Positions 8,507 through 18,500 of a DNA stretch of 31,681 nt are shown in pieces (the stretch's first letter is position 1; each line of letters starts with the position of its first letter). The notes beneath the pieces were generated by a model that saw only the letters and a list, made by a program, of their open reading frames with translations, made no database searches and had not been told where the DNA came from. The DNA comes from Candidatus Iainarchaeum sp. (GTDB lineage Archaea; Iainarchaeota; Iainarchaeia; Iainarchaeales; DTGL01). The DNA lies in assembly GCA_038736825.1 (NCBI GenBank), contig JAVYME010000008.1:1-31681 (forward strand). The letters are read 5' to 3'. The translations under genes were made by a program, and so were the position numbers.

Positions 8507-8592
8507 TTAATCACTTCCTTTTTTTTTGGCATCAAAAGTTGTGAGTGTCTTTTGATGTCCTTTTAAAGCTCTTTTTTTTGTATTTTATAGAA

Positions 8593-8880
8593 TCAGGCTA
8601 TTTTTTCCAGGATTTGGAGCAATTCTTGTTTGGAAGCAAGGACTTCCACTGTTTTGTTTCTTGAGTGTTGGCCTGAAATTATTTTTGTTTTTTTTCCAAA
8701 AATTTTTTCAAGCTCTTTTTCTATTTCCGCATTGGCTTTGCCTTTTTCTGGCAGTGCTGCCACGGACAACAATAAGCTGTTAGTCCATTCGTCAAAGCCT
8801 TTTATCCCAAACCTTTCAGATTTTGGGGAAACGCGGATTTTAAGCATTACTCCGTTTTTTGTTTCCCTTAATGTGATCAT
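8593..8880 (-). CDS. DUF167 (YggU-like) family protein
   Basis: MLKIRVSPKS...ALPEKGKANAEIEKELEKIFGKKTKIISGQHSRNKTVEV carries the family's GKAN and G..SR.K signatures. The ATG at 8880 gives the usual ~95-aa size and lies 28 nt downstream of a TTTATTTATAAA box. The ORF-track start at 8964 would add 28 residues. Confidence 0.72.
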   Translation of the reverse strand: MITLRETKNGVMLKIRVSPKSERFGIKGFDEWTNSLLLSVAALPEKGKANAEIEKELEKIFGKKTKIISGQHSRNKTVEVLASKQELLQILEKIA

Positions 8881-8902
8881 TAATAATTGCCTGATTCGTT
8901 GA

Positions 8903-8914
8903 TTTATAAATAAA
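8903..8914 (-). promoter_or_regulatory. TATA-box candidate for the DUF167 gene (leaderless spacing)
   Basis: The minus strand reads TTTATTTATAAA, centred ~28 nt upstream of the ATG at 8880. Confidence 0.45.
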
Positions 8915-9057
8915 TCTTTTTTGGCAAAGGTTTTTATACTGTGTTTTTTTTCTTTAAAGCCCATTGTGCTTTAATGGAAAACCGCTTAAGGGCATAGCAA
9001 CGTTTCTAGTTATTGTTTAAACTCTTGTTTTTAAGGTGTTCTTTTTATTTTTTTTTT

Positions 9058-9474
9058 ATGGCGCATTATAGGAAGGGGGCTGATGCTGAGCGCGAGCTCA
9101 TTCAAATGCTTTTTGAGAAGGGTTTTAGTGTTGCAAGGGTTGCTGGTTCTGGTGCCACTTCACTGCCATGTCCTGACTGTCTTGCTTTGTCTGAAAGGAA
9201 AAAAATGGCTTTTGAGTGCAAAGCGTGGGGTGCAGAGTACTTGAATATTCCTTTGCAGCAGATGAGCGAGCTTGTTTTGTGGGCTGAGACTGCTGGAATA
9301 GAGATTTTTGTGGCTTGGAAGATTCCAAGGCTTGGCTGGCGTTTTATAAAGCCACAGGATTTCAGGAAAAACGAAAAAAACTATTCTCTTTCCTTAAAGG
9401 AAGCGCTTTCCAAAGGGGTTCCTTTTTCTGTTCTTGTTGGCGAGCAAGAGAGATTAAAGCCAAAAAAGGCTTGA
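9058..9474 (+). CDS. hjc: Holliday junction resolvase Hjc
   Basis: The text YRKGADAERELIQMLFEKGFSVARVAGSG ... PDCLAL ... AFECKAW gives the E...D...ExK nuclease motif order of archaeal Hjc. Size is ~138 aa. The ORF-track start at 9013 is a TTG that translates a T-rich promoter, so the ATG at 9058 is preferred. Confidence 0.85.
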   Translation: MAHYRKGADAERELIQMLFEKGFSVARVAGSGATSLPCPDCLALSERKKMAFECKAWGAEYLNIPLQQMSELVLWAETAGIEIFVAWKIPRLGWRFIKPQDFRKNEKNYSLSLKEALSKGVPFSVLVGEQERLKPKKA

Positions 9475-9509
9475 TTTTTTTTTGCTGGCATTTTTTTTGC
9501 AAAAGTGCA

Positions 9510-10136
9510 CTATATTATGGTTGAACCGAATAGCATTGTGATTCCTGTTAATGCCATTACCATTATCAGGATTAGCGAGTCCAAGGTAATGGATTGAGAG
9601 GTAAATTCTATGTAAACCATGTAAAATGCGAACACATTGAATATTACGCCTCCAGCCATGAGCATAAAGGAAATCCATTCGTTTTTTGTGCCAAGCCGTT
9701 TCATTTGCATTTCTTTGATTTCTGCCTTGATTTCTTCGGTTTTTTCATCCACTTTTGCTATTTTGCCTTCAAAGCTGGAATTGACTTCGTTTATGAGTTT
9801 TAGGTCTTCATTGACTTGCCTTCTGAAGAGTTCGAGTTCTTCGTCAAGTTCTTCTTTTACTGTTTTTTTGAGCTCTCTTTGTGCTTTTTCAAGAGTGTCT
9901 TCCACCATTTTTTTGAGTGCCGGAATTTCGTTTTCTATTTGGGTTCTTGCAATCCTGCCTATGTCTTCCTGTATTAGGGTTAGAGTGTCTGCTTGTCCCA
10001 CCATTACCAGTCTTTTGGCTTGGTCTGGCTTTACTCCCATTTCTATTAAGGTTGCAATTATTTTTTCTTCTGGTTCACCGCTTTGCATCATGGTGCGAAT
10101 TGCGTTTACAATGCTTGCCTCTTTTTTTGAAACCAT
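9510..10136 (-). CDS. Coiled-coil protein with two C-terminal transmembrane helices, unknown function
   Basis: A Glu/Lys-rich heptad-like central region (KKMVEDTLEKAQRELKKTVKEELDEELELFRRQVNEDLK...) is followed by two hydrophobic helices. Its ATG overlaps the stop of the upstream gene (TAATG). Confidence 0.6.
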   Translation of the reverse strand: MVSKKEASIVNAIRTMMQSGEPEEKIIATLIEMGVKPDQAKRLVMVGQADTLTLIQEDIGRIARTQIENEIPALKKMVEDTLEKAQRELKKTVKEELDEELELFRRQVNEDLKLINEVNSSFEGKIAKVDEKTEEIKAEIKEMQMKRLGTKNEWISFMLMAGGVIFNVFAFYMVYIEFTSQSITLDSLILIMVMALTGITMLFGSTII

Positions 10137-10765
10137 TATTCCACCTGGATTTCTTCAATTATTGTTTCATTATAGTTTTCTGCTTCAAGCACAAATTTAA
10201 CTTTTGCAGTTCCCCTTTCCTGTGGTGTTAGCAAGAATTCAGAGTTAATGCATTCCCCTTTCCCTATGCGCATAGACCTTGATTGGCTTTTCTCCTTAAA
10301 AAATCTTTGCTCGTGGGATTCTGCAATTGAAACCTCTATTGCTTTGGCTTTTGAGCAAATTTCCAGGTTTAAACTGAACTGTTTTCCAGCAATAACCGGC
10401 ATTTCATGGCTTGTTTTATGGGATATTCCTTCAGCTTTTTTTCCAGCAGCCAAAAGCGTTTTTTCAACTGTTGCATGGAATGGCGCGAAAGCCAGTATCC
10501 TGGCTGGTTTTTTTGATTCTGCAACATAAAGCTCTTTCATTGAGCCTGGAGCGAGCTGGCTAATGCAATCTATTGGAGTGCCATCAGCCAATTCCACCTT
10601 GATGTTTTGCACTATGTGCACTGAATTGTTTTTCAAAAAAAGTTTTTCGTTTTCTTCTTGAAAGGAAAGCCCTGGAGTGTAAAGAAACAAAGCTATTGCC
10701 ATTCCAACAAAGGCAACATATATCAGGAAAAAGCCAATTATGGCTCGCAGCCTTCGCTTGAGCAT
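10136..10765 (-). CDS. N-terminally anchored or exported protein, beta-rich, unknown function; possible class III (pilin-like) signal
   Basis: The N-terminus MLKRRLRA/IIGFFLIYVAFVGMAIALFLY is a basic segment, then Ala, then a ~20-residue hydrophobic helix. The remainder is soluble. It is coupled to the downstream coiled-coil gene. Confidence 0.55.
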   Translation of the reverse strand: MLKRRLRAIIGFFLIYVAFVGMAIALFLYTPGLSFQEENEKLFLKNNSVHIVQNIKVELADGTPIDCISQLAPGSMKELYVAESKKPARILAFAPFHATVEKTLLAAGKKAEGISHKTSHEMPVIAGKQFSLNLEICSKAKAIEVSIAESHEQRFFKEKSQSRSMRIGKGECINSEFLLTPQERGTAKVKFVLEAENYNETIIEEIQVE

Positions 10766-10858
10766 AATAGTATTGTTCCCTTTTTTTTAATAAGGTTATT
10801 CCTTGAGGCAGTTCAGGCGGATTAAGAGCAAGTTTTTGCTTCTTTTGCCTTTAAAAGT

Positions 10859-11206
10859 TCACAATAGTTTCAGTTTTCCAGTGTACTTGTTTATTTTGCT
10901 TTCTTCTGCTGGACCGATGGCAATGCATGTTGCTGTTCCGGGTTCCACTTGCGTTCTTCCAGCGTCTTTTATGAGGGCGCACGGCAGTTCTTTTTTTGCC
11001 TTCATGAACAACTCCAAGAGTTCTTTTTCTGATGCCACTTTTAGCACTATTTTTGGCATTCCTTCTGCTTTCCATTTTTCCACAATTTCTGTGTTTTTGG
11101 TTTTTTCCAGTGCTGCAAGCGAAGCGTGTGCTGCCTGTGCGGCTATTTTGCCTGCCCCCATTTTAAGGTCTTTTCTCACAATTATTGCCTGTTTTATTCC
11201 ATTCAT
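10859..11206 (-). CDS. pth2: Peptidyl-tRNA hydrolase, archaeal type (Pth2)
   Basis: KQAIIVRKDLKMGAGKIAAQAAHAS and DAGRTQVEPGTATCIAIGP are the conserved Pth2 blocks. The ATG at 11206 gives ~115 aa. The ORF-track start at 11245 is a TTG. Confidence 0.88.
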   Translation of the reverse strand: MNGIKQAIIVRKDLKMGAGKIAAQAAHASLAALEKTKNTEIVEKWKAEGMPKIVLKVASEKELLELFMKAKKELPCALIKDAGRTQVEPGTATCIAIGPAEESKINKYTGKLKLL

Positions 11207-11301
11207 GCTTTTTCCAGCCAAAAAGGTTTTTTTCAATCCAAGCAATATTTTTATAGTACAAGCCCCTATTTTATTCTTATTTGATAGAAGCGGTTTTGGG
11301 A

Positions 11302-13098
11302 ATGGCCAGGTTTTTTGTTTTTATTTTGCTTTTCGCTCTTTTTTTTTCCACGGTTTTTGCACAATTGATTGATTCTGACAATGATGGGGTTTCAGATGCT
11401 CAAGAGGCAATTGATGGCACTGACGCCAGTAATGCTGCCAGCAACAGGCTTGAAATAAGGGTTGAGGGCGATTTGGTTGTCGGGAATACAATAAATGTTT
11501 CTCTGGTTCACCCTTTGCTTGGCAACATAAAAAATGCTGATTTTGTTTTTTTGTCTGGCGGAAACAGGAGTGAAATGAATTCTGGCGCCAGTGGGACAGT
11601 AAGATTTGAAATTTCCAGTGCCGGAATGCTTGTGATTGAGGCAAGAAAGGGTGATTTTTTTCTTTCCAGGGAATTTTATCCTGCTTGTTCTGTTCAAGCC
11701 CCGATAATGGTTGCTCTTTTGCTTCCAATAACCCTGCTTTCCTTTTTTGCCATTATTGTGATTGTTGTTCTTTCGTTTGCTGGCTTTAAACGCCTTTTGA
11801 TTGCAACAGAATCAGATTACCCGCTCAAAAAACACGCTTTCCCGATTTCTTTATATGTTGGTTTTTCTTGTGGACTGATTGCTTTTTTTCTTTACAATGC
11901 TTTGGGCACTCTTTTGGGCATGATTGTGCTTTTTTTCATGATTTTATTGTTGTTGGTTTCAATATGGCTTTTAAGGGAGGGCGGCTTTATAAAGCCGGTT
12001 CGGGAAAAGCCTTTGCCTAAAAAGGCAAGGCAGGCTGTAAAAAGCCTTGCCTTTCCAACGCTTTTAATTGCAGCTTTCCTTGAAAAAATTGGTCGCAAGA
12101 GAAAGCAACCTGAAACGGAAAAAAACCAGTTTTCGGAAATATGGGAGTTAAAGGAGGGAATTGCTGAAAGCCTTGACCGTTTTGAGGATGCTAAAAAGAA
12201 AACTGCAGAGGCAAAAGACCAAGTGGCAAGACAGGAGGCAATGACTGAACTAAAAAACGAGGTTTTTGCCTTAAACAATTATTTTAAGCGATTGCTTGGC
12301 TTTAAAGAGCCAAAAATTGAGCCAGTGAAAGCCGAGCGCCAGAAAACCCTTGCAGAGCTAAGGGAAGAGAAAAGGATTCAAATAATGGTGGATGACCTGC
12401 TTGACCAGATGGCTAAAGAGCTTAACCTAAAAGAATTGCCTGATGTTGCTCCACCCAAACCAAGAGAGGGCAAAAAAACAGCAAAGGGCTTGACTGGACT
12501 GCTTTATGCAATTTTTATTGGAGGCAAAAAAGAGCCTTCAGCTGAAAACGCCAATGTTGAAATAAACCTTTTTGACGAGTTTGGCAATCCCTTGCAGGCA
12601 GAAAACGCTGAATTTTTTGTTGAAGGAAAAAAAACAGAGCCCTTGCTTGTAAAAGAAAACACTGCCTTTTTTAAACTGAAGGCCGGCGAACACCAGGTTT
12701 TTGTGAGATTGCTTGGCTTTGCAGACAACTTTTTAGAACTAAGGGTTGAAAAGGAAAAGCGCTCCTTTAAAGCCAATCTTTTGGCAGACCTGCGGTTAAC
12801 CATAAAGGATGAAAAAGGAGAAAGCCTCAGGGATGCCTTTGTCAATATTGTGGATGACAAAGGCAAAAGAGTCGAGGATGTCCTTCAAAACATTATTTGG
12901 AGAACGCCAACGCCAAGCAATGCCCCTGACGGAGTAGTGGCAATTCCCTTAAACCCCAAAGAATTGCGTTCAGAATCAATCCATGTTAAAATTGTCCGAG
13001 CCCAGTATGCCTTAAAGGAAATAATAATTCCAGCCAGCAGGATTTCCACTCAAAAAGTTTTGGAAAAAACTGTTTCACTTGAAAAACTGCAAAAATGA
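11302..13098 (+). CDS. Large membrane protein: signal peptide, acidic Ca-binding-like motif, three TM helices, coiled-coil region, C-terminal beta-sandwich-like region
   Basis: Signal peptide MARFFVFILLFALFFSTVFA, then a thrombospondin-type-3-like DSDNDGVSDAQEAIDGTD. Hydrophobic helices follow (PIMVALLLPITLLSFFAIIVIVVLSFAGF and two more). Next is a Lys/Glu-rich stretch (KKKTAEAKDQVARQEAMTELKNE...). The C-terminus has beta-rich repeats (EINLFDEFGNPL.., LTIKDEKGESL..). The ATG at 11302 is preferred to the TTG at 11281. Confidence 0.6.
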   Translation: MARFFVFILLFALFFSTVFAQLIDSDNDGVSDAQEAIDGTDASNAASNRLEIRVEGDLVVGNTINVSLVHPLLGNIKNADFVFLSGGNRSEMNSGASGTVRFEISSAGMLVIEARKGDFFLSREFYPACSVQAPIMVALLLPITLLSFFAIIVIVVLSFAGFKRLLIATESDYPLKKHAFPISLYVGFSCGLIAFFLYNALGTLLGMIVLFFMILLLLVSIWLLREGGFIKPVREKPLPKKARQAVKSLAFPTLLIAAFLEKIGRKRKQPETEKNQFSEIWELKEGIAESLDRFEDAKKKTAEAKDQVARQEAMTELKNEVFALNNYFKRLLGFKEPKIEPVKAERQKTLAELREEKRIQIMVDDLLDQMAKELNLKELPDVAPPKPREGKKTAKGLTGLLYAIFIGGKKEPSAENANVEINLFDEFGNPLQAENAEFFVEGKKTEPLLVKENTAFFKLKAGEHQVFVRLLGFADNFLELRVEKEKRSFKANLLADLRLTIKDEKGESLRDAFVNIVDDKGKRVEDVLQNIIWRTPTPSNAPDGVVAIPLNPKELRSESIHVKIVRAQYALKEIIIPASRISTQKVLEKTVSLEKLQK

Positions 13099-13158
13099 GT
13101 TTTCAAGCAAAGGAAACAGTTTTATATTATAAAAGCATTAATTTTAATGGTGGTTTGA

Positions 13159-14781
13159 ATGGAGCCGGCTGATTGGGCGGTAAGCTCAGCGGTTTTTGTG
13201 GTGGCAGTGGCAGTCACTCTTGCAGTTGCGCCATCGCTTTTGCCAGAAAAACCACCGGCTTTTTCAGAAAGCCAGCTGGAAGCAATTCTGGAAAGCGTTT
13301 CAGAAGAAATACAAATAAAATCCCTTATTTTGAAATCAGACTGCAATCAGGCACAATACGATTGCAATCGCGAATACCCGATTGAGGTTGACGTAAACCA
13401 GTCAAAGCACAGCATGTTCAGCCAAGCCTACACTCAGGACGGCAACAAGATTTATTCAGTAATGCCTTTGGGGGCAGTAACCAAGCTTTACTCTTTCACC
13501 CAGCAAAAAATAACCCCTTCATACAATACTTCAGCTTTCACAATCTCAGTTTCGGGAGACACAAACTATGCTTTTTCCCACATAAATGTCAGCAACCAGT
13601 TTCTTGATGCAAACATTACTGACTGGAACGCCACAATAGATTTCCGTGGTTCAAACGAGCAAGACATAATAATAGGCTATCCAAAAATGAAAATGTTAAA
13701 ACTCAAAGAAACCAAAACCGCAGTTGTTGTCGGCAATGACGCCAACAAGTTTTATTTGCGTTTTTTCCCGAATTCCGCAGAATTCTGGATTGATGTTCCA
13801 GAGGACATCAACATTTCAATAAAGCCAATGCACGCCAACTGGAAAAAGGACGAAAACATCGGGGTTTGGAATAATGACAGCTGGTGGGACAACGATGCCA
13901 CAGATGCATATATCTGGCATTACCGTCTCCCAATAACAGTTCATTCAATAGATTATGCAAGGCAAGACCTTGCCTTGCGCCTTGACATAAACTTTGCCCT
14001 TCAAAAGGAAAGGCTTGGACTGCAAGGCTTAAGCATTTACCCTTACAGTTTTAGGTTAATCGAATACAGGGACGGCAAGCCCTATGATGCTACAACCCAA
14101 ACCTATGATGGTTCCTTGGCTTTAGCAAACCAGCCATTTAAAGTAACCTATTTCAGTGGAACCCAGATGGCTATTCTTGACTGGATTTTGAAAGGTTTCA
14201 CTCCGGCAAACTCGCACAGGGTTTACTATCTATATTTTGATTTCAACAATTATCCAAAACCAGCCTTTTCTTATTCAAACATAACCTATGTTCCACCGCA
14301 ATACCCTGTTTATGTGACAACAGCGTACCCGCAGGGACAGCCAAAGCCAACAGTGATTGACACAAACAAATTGTTTGTTTATAATCCCAACACAATACTC
14401 ATTAATACAGTGAACCAGCTTTCCAGGGTTTGGCAGTATAGTGCAATAAATTATAGAAAGCCGCTTGTTTTTGATTCTGGAAAATATCCAAGGAGTGCAA
14501 TGCGCGCTTCTGTTGACATCAATTTTGCTTTTGAGTTCTCTTTGGTTGGTTGCAACAATTGTGACCTGAATTTGGACTCGCTTTCCTTTGTAGAAGTGAA
14601 CAACTGGAATGAGGGCACAATAATTCACGAGTTTGTGAAAAGCGATCAAAACACTCTGAATTCTTACAATTATTCTTACAATCCTTACTCCAAGATTATG
14701 ACCCTTTCCTGGAGTGTCCCTTCAACTCCAGCAATGACAAAAAGACACTATTTCCTTTACTATAACAACACTAGCTCATAA
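13159..14781 (+). CDS. Membrane-anchored or secreted protein with two DUF2341-like modules
   Basis: N-terminal hydrophobic helix AVSSAVFVVAVAVTLAVAP. There are two modules, each starting with a W-x-Y-R-like block (YIWHYRLPITV...; WQYSAINYRKPLVF...). Each ends in an aromatic Y-F/Y-L-Y-F/Y-D/N block (HRVYYLYFDF; KRHYFLYYNN), as in DUF2341. Confidence 0.6.
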   Translation: MEPADWAVSSAVFVVAVAVTLAVAPSLLPEKPPAFSESQLEAILESVSEEIQIKSLILKSDCNQAQYDCNREYPIEVDVNQSKHSMFSQAYTQDGNKIYSVMPLGAVTKLYSFTQQKITPSYNTSAFTISVSGDTNYAFSHINVSNQFLDANITDWNATIDFRGSNEQDIIIGYPKMKMLKLKETKTAVVVGNDANKFYLRFFPNSAEFWIDVPEDINISIKPMHANWKKDENIGVWNNDSWWDNDATDAYIWHYRLPITVHSIDYARQDLALRLDINFALQKERLGLQGLSIYPYSFRLIEYRDGKPYDATTQTYDGSLALANQPFKVTYFSGTQMAILDWILKGFTPANSHRVYYLYFDFNNYPKPAFSYSNITYVPPQYPVYVTTAYPQGQPKPTVIDTNKLFVYNPNTILINTVNQLSRVWQYSAINYRKPLVFDSGKYPRSAMRASVDINFAFEFSLVGCNNCDLNLDSLSFVEVNNWNEGTIIHEFVKSDQNTLNSYNYSYNPYSKIMTLSWSVPSTPAMTKRHYFLYYNNTSS

Positions 14782-15378
14782 AATTTCTTGATTCCATAAT
14801 TGCTTGAACAAATCGCTTGCAGCAAAACCAGCGTTATCGCACACCAAATCTATTGCTGTGCGCTTTCTACTGGTAACCCTTAAACCATTAACTGTTTCTT
14901 CCTCTATTGGCAAATCCTCAGAGTAAAGCCACACCTGGCAATTTTCTCCTGCAAGGGACTCAAGCTCTTCCAATAATTGTTTTTTTTCTTTTTTTGAAAC
15001 ATAAGCGCAAACCCTTTTAGAGGAAACATTTGGCTGGAATTGTTCCAGAGCTGAATCCAAGCAAAGCACTCCCCTGCTCCCCAGCAATTTCAATACCTCT
15101 TCTTTTGAAAGCGAAACACTCATTTTCCCAATAAGCGCACTCTTCATGTTTCTAAAAGAAGCAATGCATTCAATTATTCCATAAGGGTTGGCTAAAGCAT
15201 AAGCCCCTTGCTCTTTGCCTATAAGGTTTCTTTCAGATAAATATTTTGCAACCTTGTTCACTTGCCCCAGAGAAACACCTTTCTCTTTGCTCAAAGAAAG
15301 CTGAGTGAAAGCCTGTTTTTCCAGCATTGCACTCAAAATAGAAAAAGTCACTGGCTTTGAAAAATCAATGGATTTCAT
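14776..15378 (-). CDS. Winged-helix DNA-binding protein (AbiEi-antitoxin-like architecture), putative regulator
   Basis: N-terminal wHTH-like segment LSKEKGVSLGQVNKVAKYLSERNLIGKEQGAYALANP. The C-terminal domain contains LLGSRGVLCLDSALEQF. It is divergent from the giant surface gene. No nucleotidyltransferase (AbiEii) partner is present. Confidence 0.45.
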   Translation of the reverse strand: MKSIDFSKPVTFSILSAMLEKQAFTQLSLSKEKGVSLGQVNKVAKYLSERNLIGKEQGAYALANPYGIIECIASFRNMKSALIGKMSVSLSKEEVLKLLGSRGVLCLDSALEQFQPNVSSKRVCAYVSKKEKKQLLEELESLAGENCQVWLYSEDLPIEEETVNGLRVTSRKRTAIDLVCDNAGFAASDLFKQLWNQEIL

Positions 15379-15552
15379 GTAAAAATAAAACGCCGGTAAT
15401 TAATAAAAACCAAATCGCTAATGGTTTGCAACAACTTGCGTGCTTATAATTTTTGAAACAGCAAATTTTGACCTTAAAGATAGCACTAGTTATCCCATTG
15501 CAAACAATTCCATAAAACCCTTTATCGCCAAAACCTTTAAATTCAATGAATG

Positions 15553-15564
15553 TTTAATAATAAA
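15553..15564 (+). promoter_or_regulatory. TATA-box candidate for the giant LamG gene (leaderless spacing)
   Basis: TTTAATAATAAA is centred ~27 nt upstream of the ATG at 15586. A second box, CTTTAAATTC, lies at 15535-15544. Confidence 0.45.
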
Positions 15565-15585
15565 GAAAAACAATAATTGTAGTGG

Positions 15586-18500
15586 ATGGTTTCTGTGAAG
15601 AAAGTTCTTAAATTTTCCATATTCATTCTTTTGTTCTTTTCTTTGTTTTATTCGCCAGCCTCTTCTTTTCGCTGTGATGCAGGTTCTCTTGAAACCACTT
15701 GCATTCTTTCCACTTTTCAAAACCTAGACAACAATTTTTCAGTTAGCGGAACTGGAAATCTGGTGATAGAATCCACCGCTTCCCTGAACACAAATGGAAA
15801 CGACTTAGGCATTTCCATGACTGGTTTTATTGAAAACCGTGGAGACATAAACACTAACCTTAGTCCGGCAACAGTGCGTTTTAAAACAGGAACAGCAGAG
15901 CCCTTTACAGATATTGGCCTTGTCGGTGACTGGAACTTTAATGAAGGCTCTGGAAATATTGCTAGAGATGCGATTAATGGAAACAATGGAACTGTTTATG
16001 GTGCCACTTGGCAGCCTTCAAGTGTTCAATTGCCAAAAAAGAGCGGTTCTGCTATTGCATTTGACGGAAATGATGACTATATTGATATTGGTGATATAAG
16101 CTTACTTGAAAATTTTTCTTATTTTTCTCTTTCTGCATGGATTAAACCGAGCAAGCTCTCAACCCCACCTTTTTTTAGTGGTTTTTCTTATTTTCGTCCA
16201 GTTACTGTTTCGAATTCTGGTTCTGCTTTAACCGATTATCAAGTTTTAGTCACCATTAATACTTCTATTTTGGTTTCTGCTGGAAAAATGCGCTCTGATT
16301 GTGCAGACATGCGGTTCTCTGACAGCGACAATGCAACCTCTTTAAGTTATTGGCTTGAATCAGGTTGCAATTCCACTACAACCAAGGTTTGGGTGAAAAT
16401 CCCCTCAATTCCAAATGGAAACAAAACAATTTATTTTTATTATGGGAATTCTTCTGCAAGTTCTGGAAGCACCACTTCCACTTTGGAAGCATACCAAAAC
16501 ACTGGCGATCTGGATTCAGAAATAAAATCAGTTTATTACCCAAACAATAATTATGTTGGTGATCTGCATTGGACAATAGGTGGCTGGGGAGACTACTATT
16601 ATGCGCTTTTCAAAGTACCCAGTTCTCTAAGACCTTCATCAGTCACTTCTGCCAACATTAATACAGCCACTTTATATTCTTACGGGTTTTACCAGAATGA
16701 AAACAGTGGCAGCACTCTAACGCAAACAGTGAATCTTGCATATATCACTTCAAGTTGGAATCCCTCAACTGTCACTTGGAACACAAGACCATCACAGGGA
16801 AGTACTTTTTTCACTGGTTCAACAGTGCAATTAGGGCCTTCACAGTCAACTAGTGCAACTTGGCATACTTTTAATATTACAACTTGGGCAAAAGATTCCT
16901 CTGTTGGCTGGTTTGGAACAAACCATGGAATTTATGTGATTCCCAGCACTAATAGTGGGATGTATTATCGTGGCTATTCTGCTAATCATAATCCGCCATG
17001 GTATATAGTTATCACTTATGATACAAGCAAAAACATTATTATTGAGAAAGATTCGAATGGCTTTATTTGGAGAACCAGAAAGTATTCTTCTCCTGAACCA
17101 AGTGCTTCCATTGGAAGCGAGCAGACTACTGGAAGCGCTCAATTTGTTGTTGGAAAAGAAGGAGTTTACAAAATTGAAGCTTATGGCAACAATATAAGGT
17201 TTTTTACTGGCAATAATTGGTCTGGCGCAATTCTCACCTCTCAATCAACGCTTTCCACTAATGCATGGCAGCATATTGTGGCAACGTATGATGGTTCAAC
17301 CAAAAAATTGTATATTAATGGGGTTTTGGATTCAAATACTGTTTCTGTTTCTGGCAGTGTGGGGCAAAATTCCAGAAAATTCAGCATTGGTGCTTCTGAC
17401 ACTGGCACTGCTTGGGCAAATTATTTTAATGGCTTTATAGATGAAGTGCGCGTTTATAACCGTGCTTTGTCAATTGAAGAAGTGCAACAATTGTATAATT
17501 CTTCAAAGCCAGAGGATGCAGTATTGCACTTAAAGTTTGATGAAGGCACAGGGCTTATTGCAAGTGACTCTTCAGCTTATGGCAACCATGGACTGCTTTA
17601 CAATTTTCACGCTCCACGCTCTACGGGCTGGACAAGCGATGCAATTGACGGAAATGCTCTTGAATTTGACGGAGTTGATGATTATGTAAAAGTGTCCGAT
17701 AGCAACACTTTGAAAATTACAAGTAGTTTGACTGTTGAAGGTTGGTTTAAGCCAGATTCTTCAAAAAAAGCGCCAATAAAAGTTCTCTCAATATATCCTT
17801 GTAGTACTTGCAGAATAAATGACATTCTTGGCTCGTATGGTTTAGGATTGTTTTCTGTTGAATGTATGAGCTATACTGCCTTTAATTCAGGTGCGTATAA
17901 TTTGGCAAAGTATGATGTTGTAATTTTGGATGGGGCTGATTGTTGGGCTTCGGCAGCAAATTTGGATTTAGAGGAAAGAAATGCAATTGTTAGTTTTGTT
18001 TTGAATGGGGGCGCCTTTATTTCTACTCATGATACCATTTGCCAGAAAAGCTGGCCAGAATTCCATCAAATTTTAGGGTATGACTGTAATGGGGGTTATA
18101 CTGGGTGTTATCCGACTGGTTGTGCAGCTTTGACTCCAGTGAATAGGACTAGAGTGGGAGCAATAACAACTTACCCTTATGTTTTGCCTGCAAGCATATC
18201 GGTGCAAAACACCCACACTACAAATGGGCAAATTCCGAAAACTGCTATTAGATGGTATGAATTGACAGCTGATGATTCTGGTTATGATGTTTATTTGGCA
18301 ACCAACACTTATGGGGCTGGCTATGGTAGAACGGCAATGCTTCAATGGGGTCACGGAGCATATAATTGTGATTGCACGGGTGGTTCTCTGCCTGGCGCTG
18401 ATGAATCAAAATTGATAGTAAACACCTTGTATTGGGCAGCAATGCCAAGGACTATTTTCAAGCAAAACTCTTATGGTTTATATGTTGATTCAAATTTTGC

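Noticed and set aside
7710-8510. 266-aa plus-strand ORF (and 7161-7625, 154 aa) covering the dnaG locus
   Set aside because: It is antisense to a confidently identified dnaG. The translation is low-complexity Ser/Leu/Ile-rich with no motif. It is a typical shadow ORF of an AT-rich, Lys/Glu-rich gene.
8881-9057. 177-nt spacer between the DUF167 gene and hjc as a possible small RNA gene
   Set aside because: It is explained by two divergent promoters (a TATA-like box on each side). I could see no convincing stem-loops or conserved sRNA boxes. This remains unverified without covariance-model searches.
9637-10200. 187-aa plus-strand ORF (and 9917-10231) opposite the coiled-coil membrane protein gene
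   Set aside because: The Ser/Phe/Leu-rich translation, including an SSSSSSSSS run, is the mirror image of the Glu/Lys-rich coiled coil. It has no start context or motif.
10803-11372. 189-aa plus-strand ORF spanning pth2 and its promoter
   Set aside because: It is antisense to pth2, whose conserved blocks are unambiguous. It also crosses an intergenic promoter region.
16846-17244. 132-aa minus-strand ORF and several other 60-100-aa ORFs inside the giant LamG gene; also 14275-14649 inside the DUF2341 gene
   Set aside because: They lie wholly within a long, repeat-validated plus-strand reading frame, so they are shadow ORFs.
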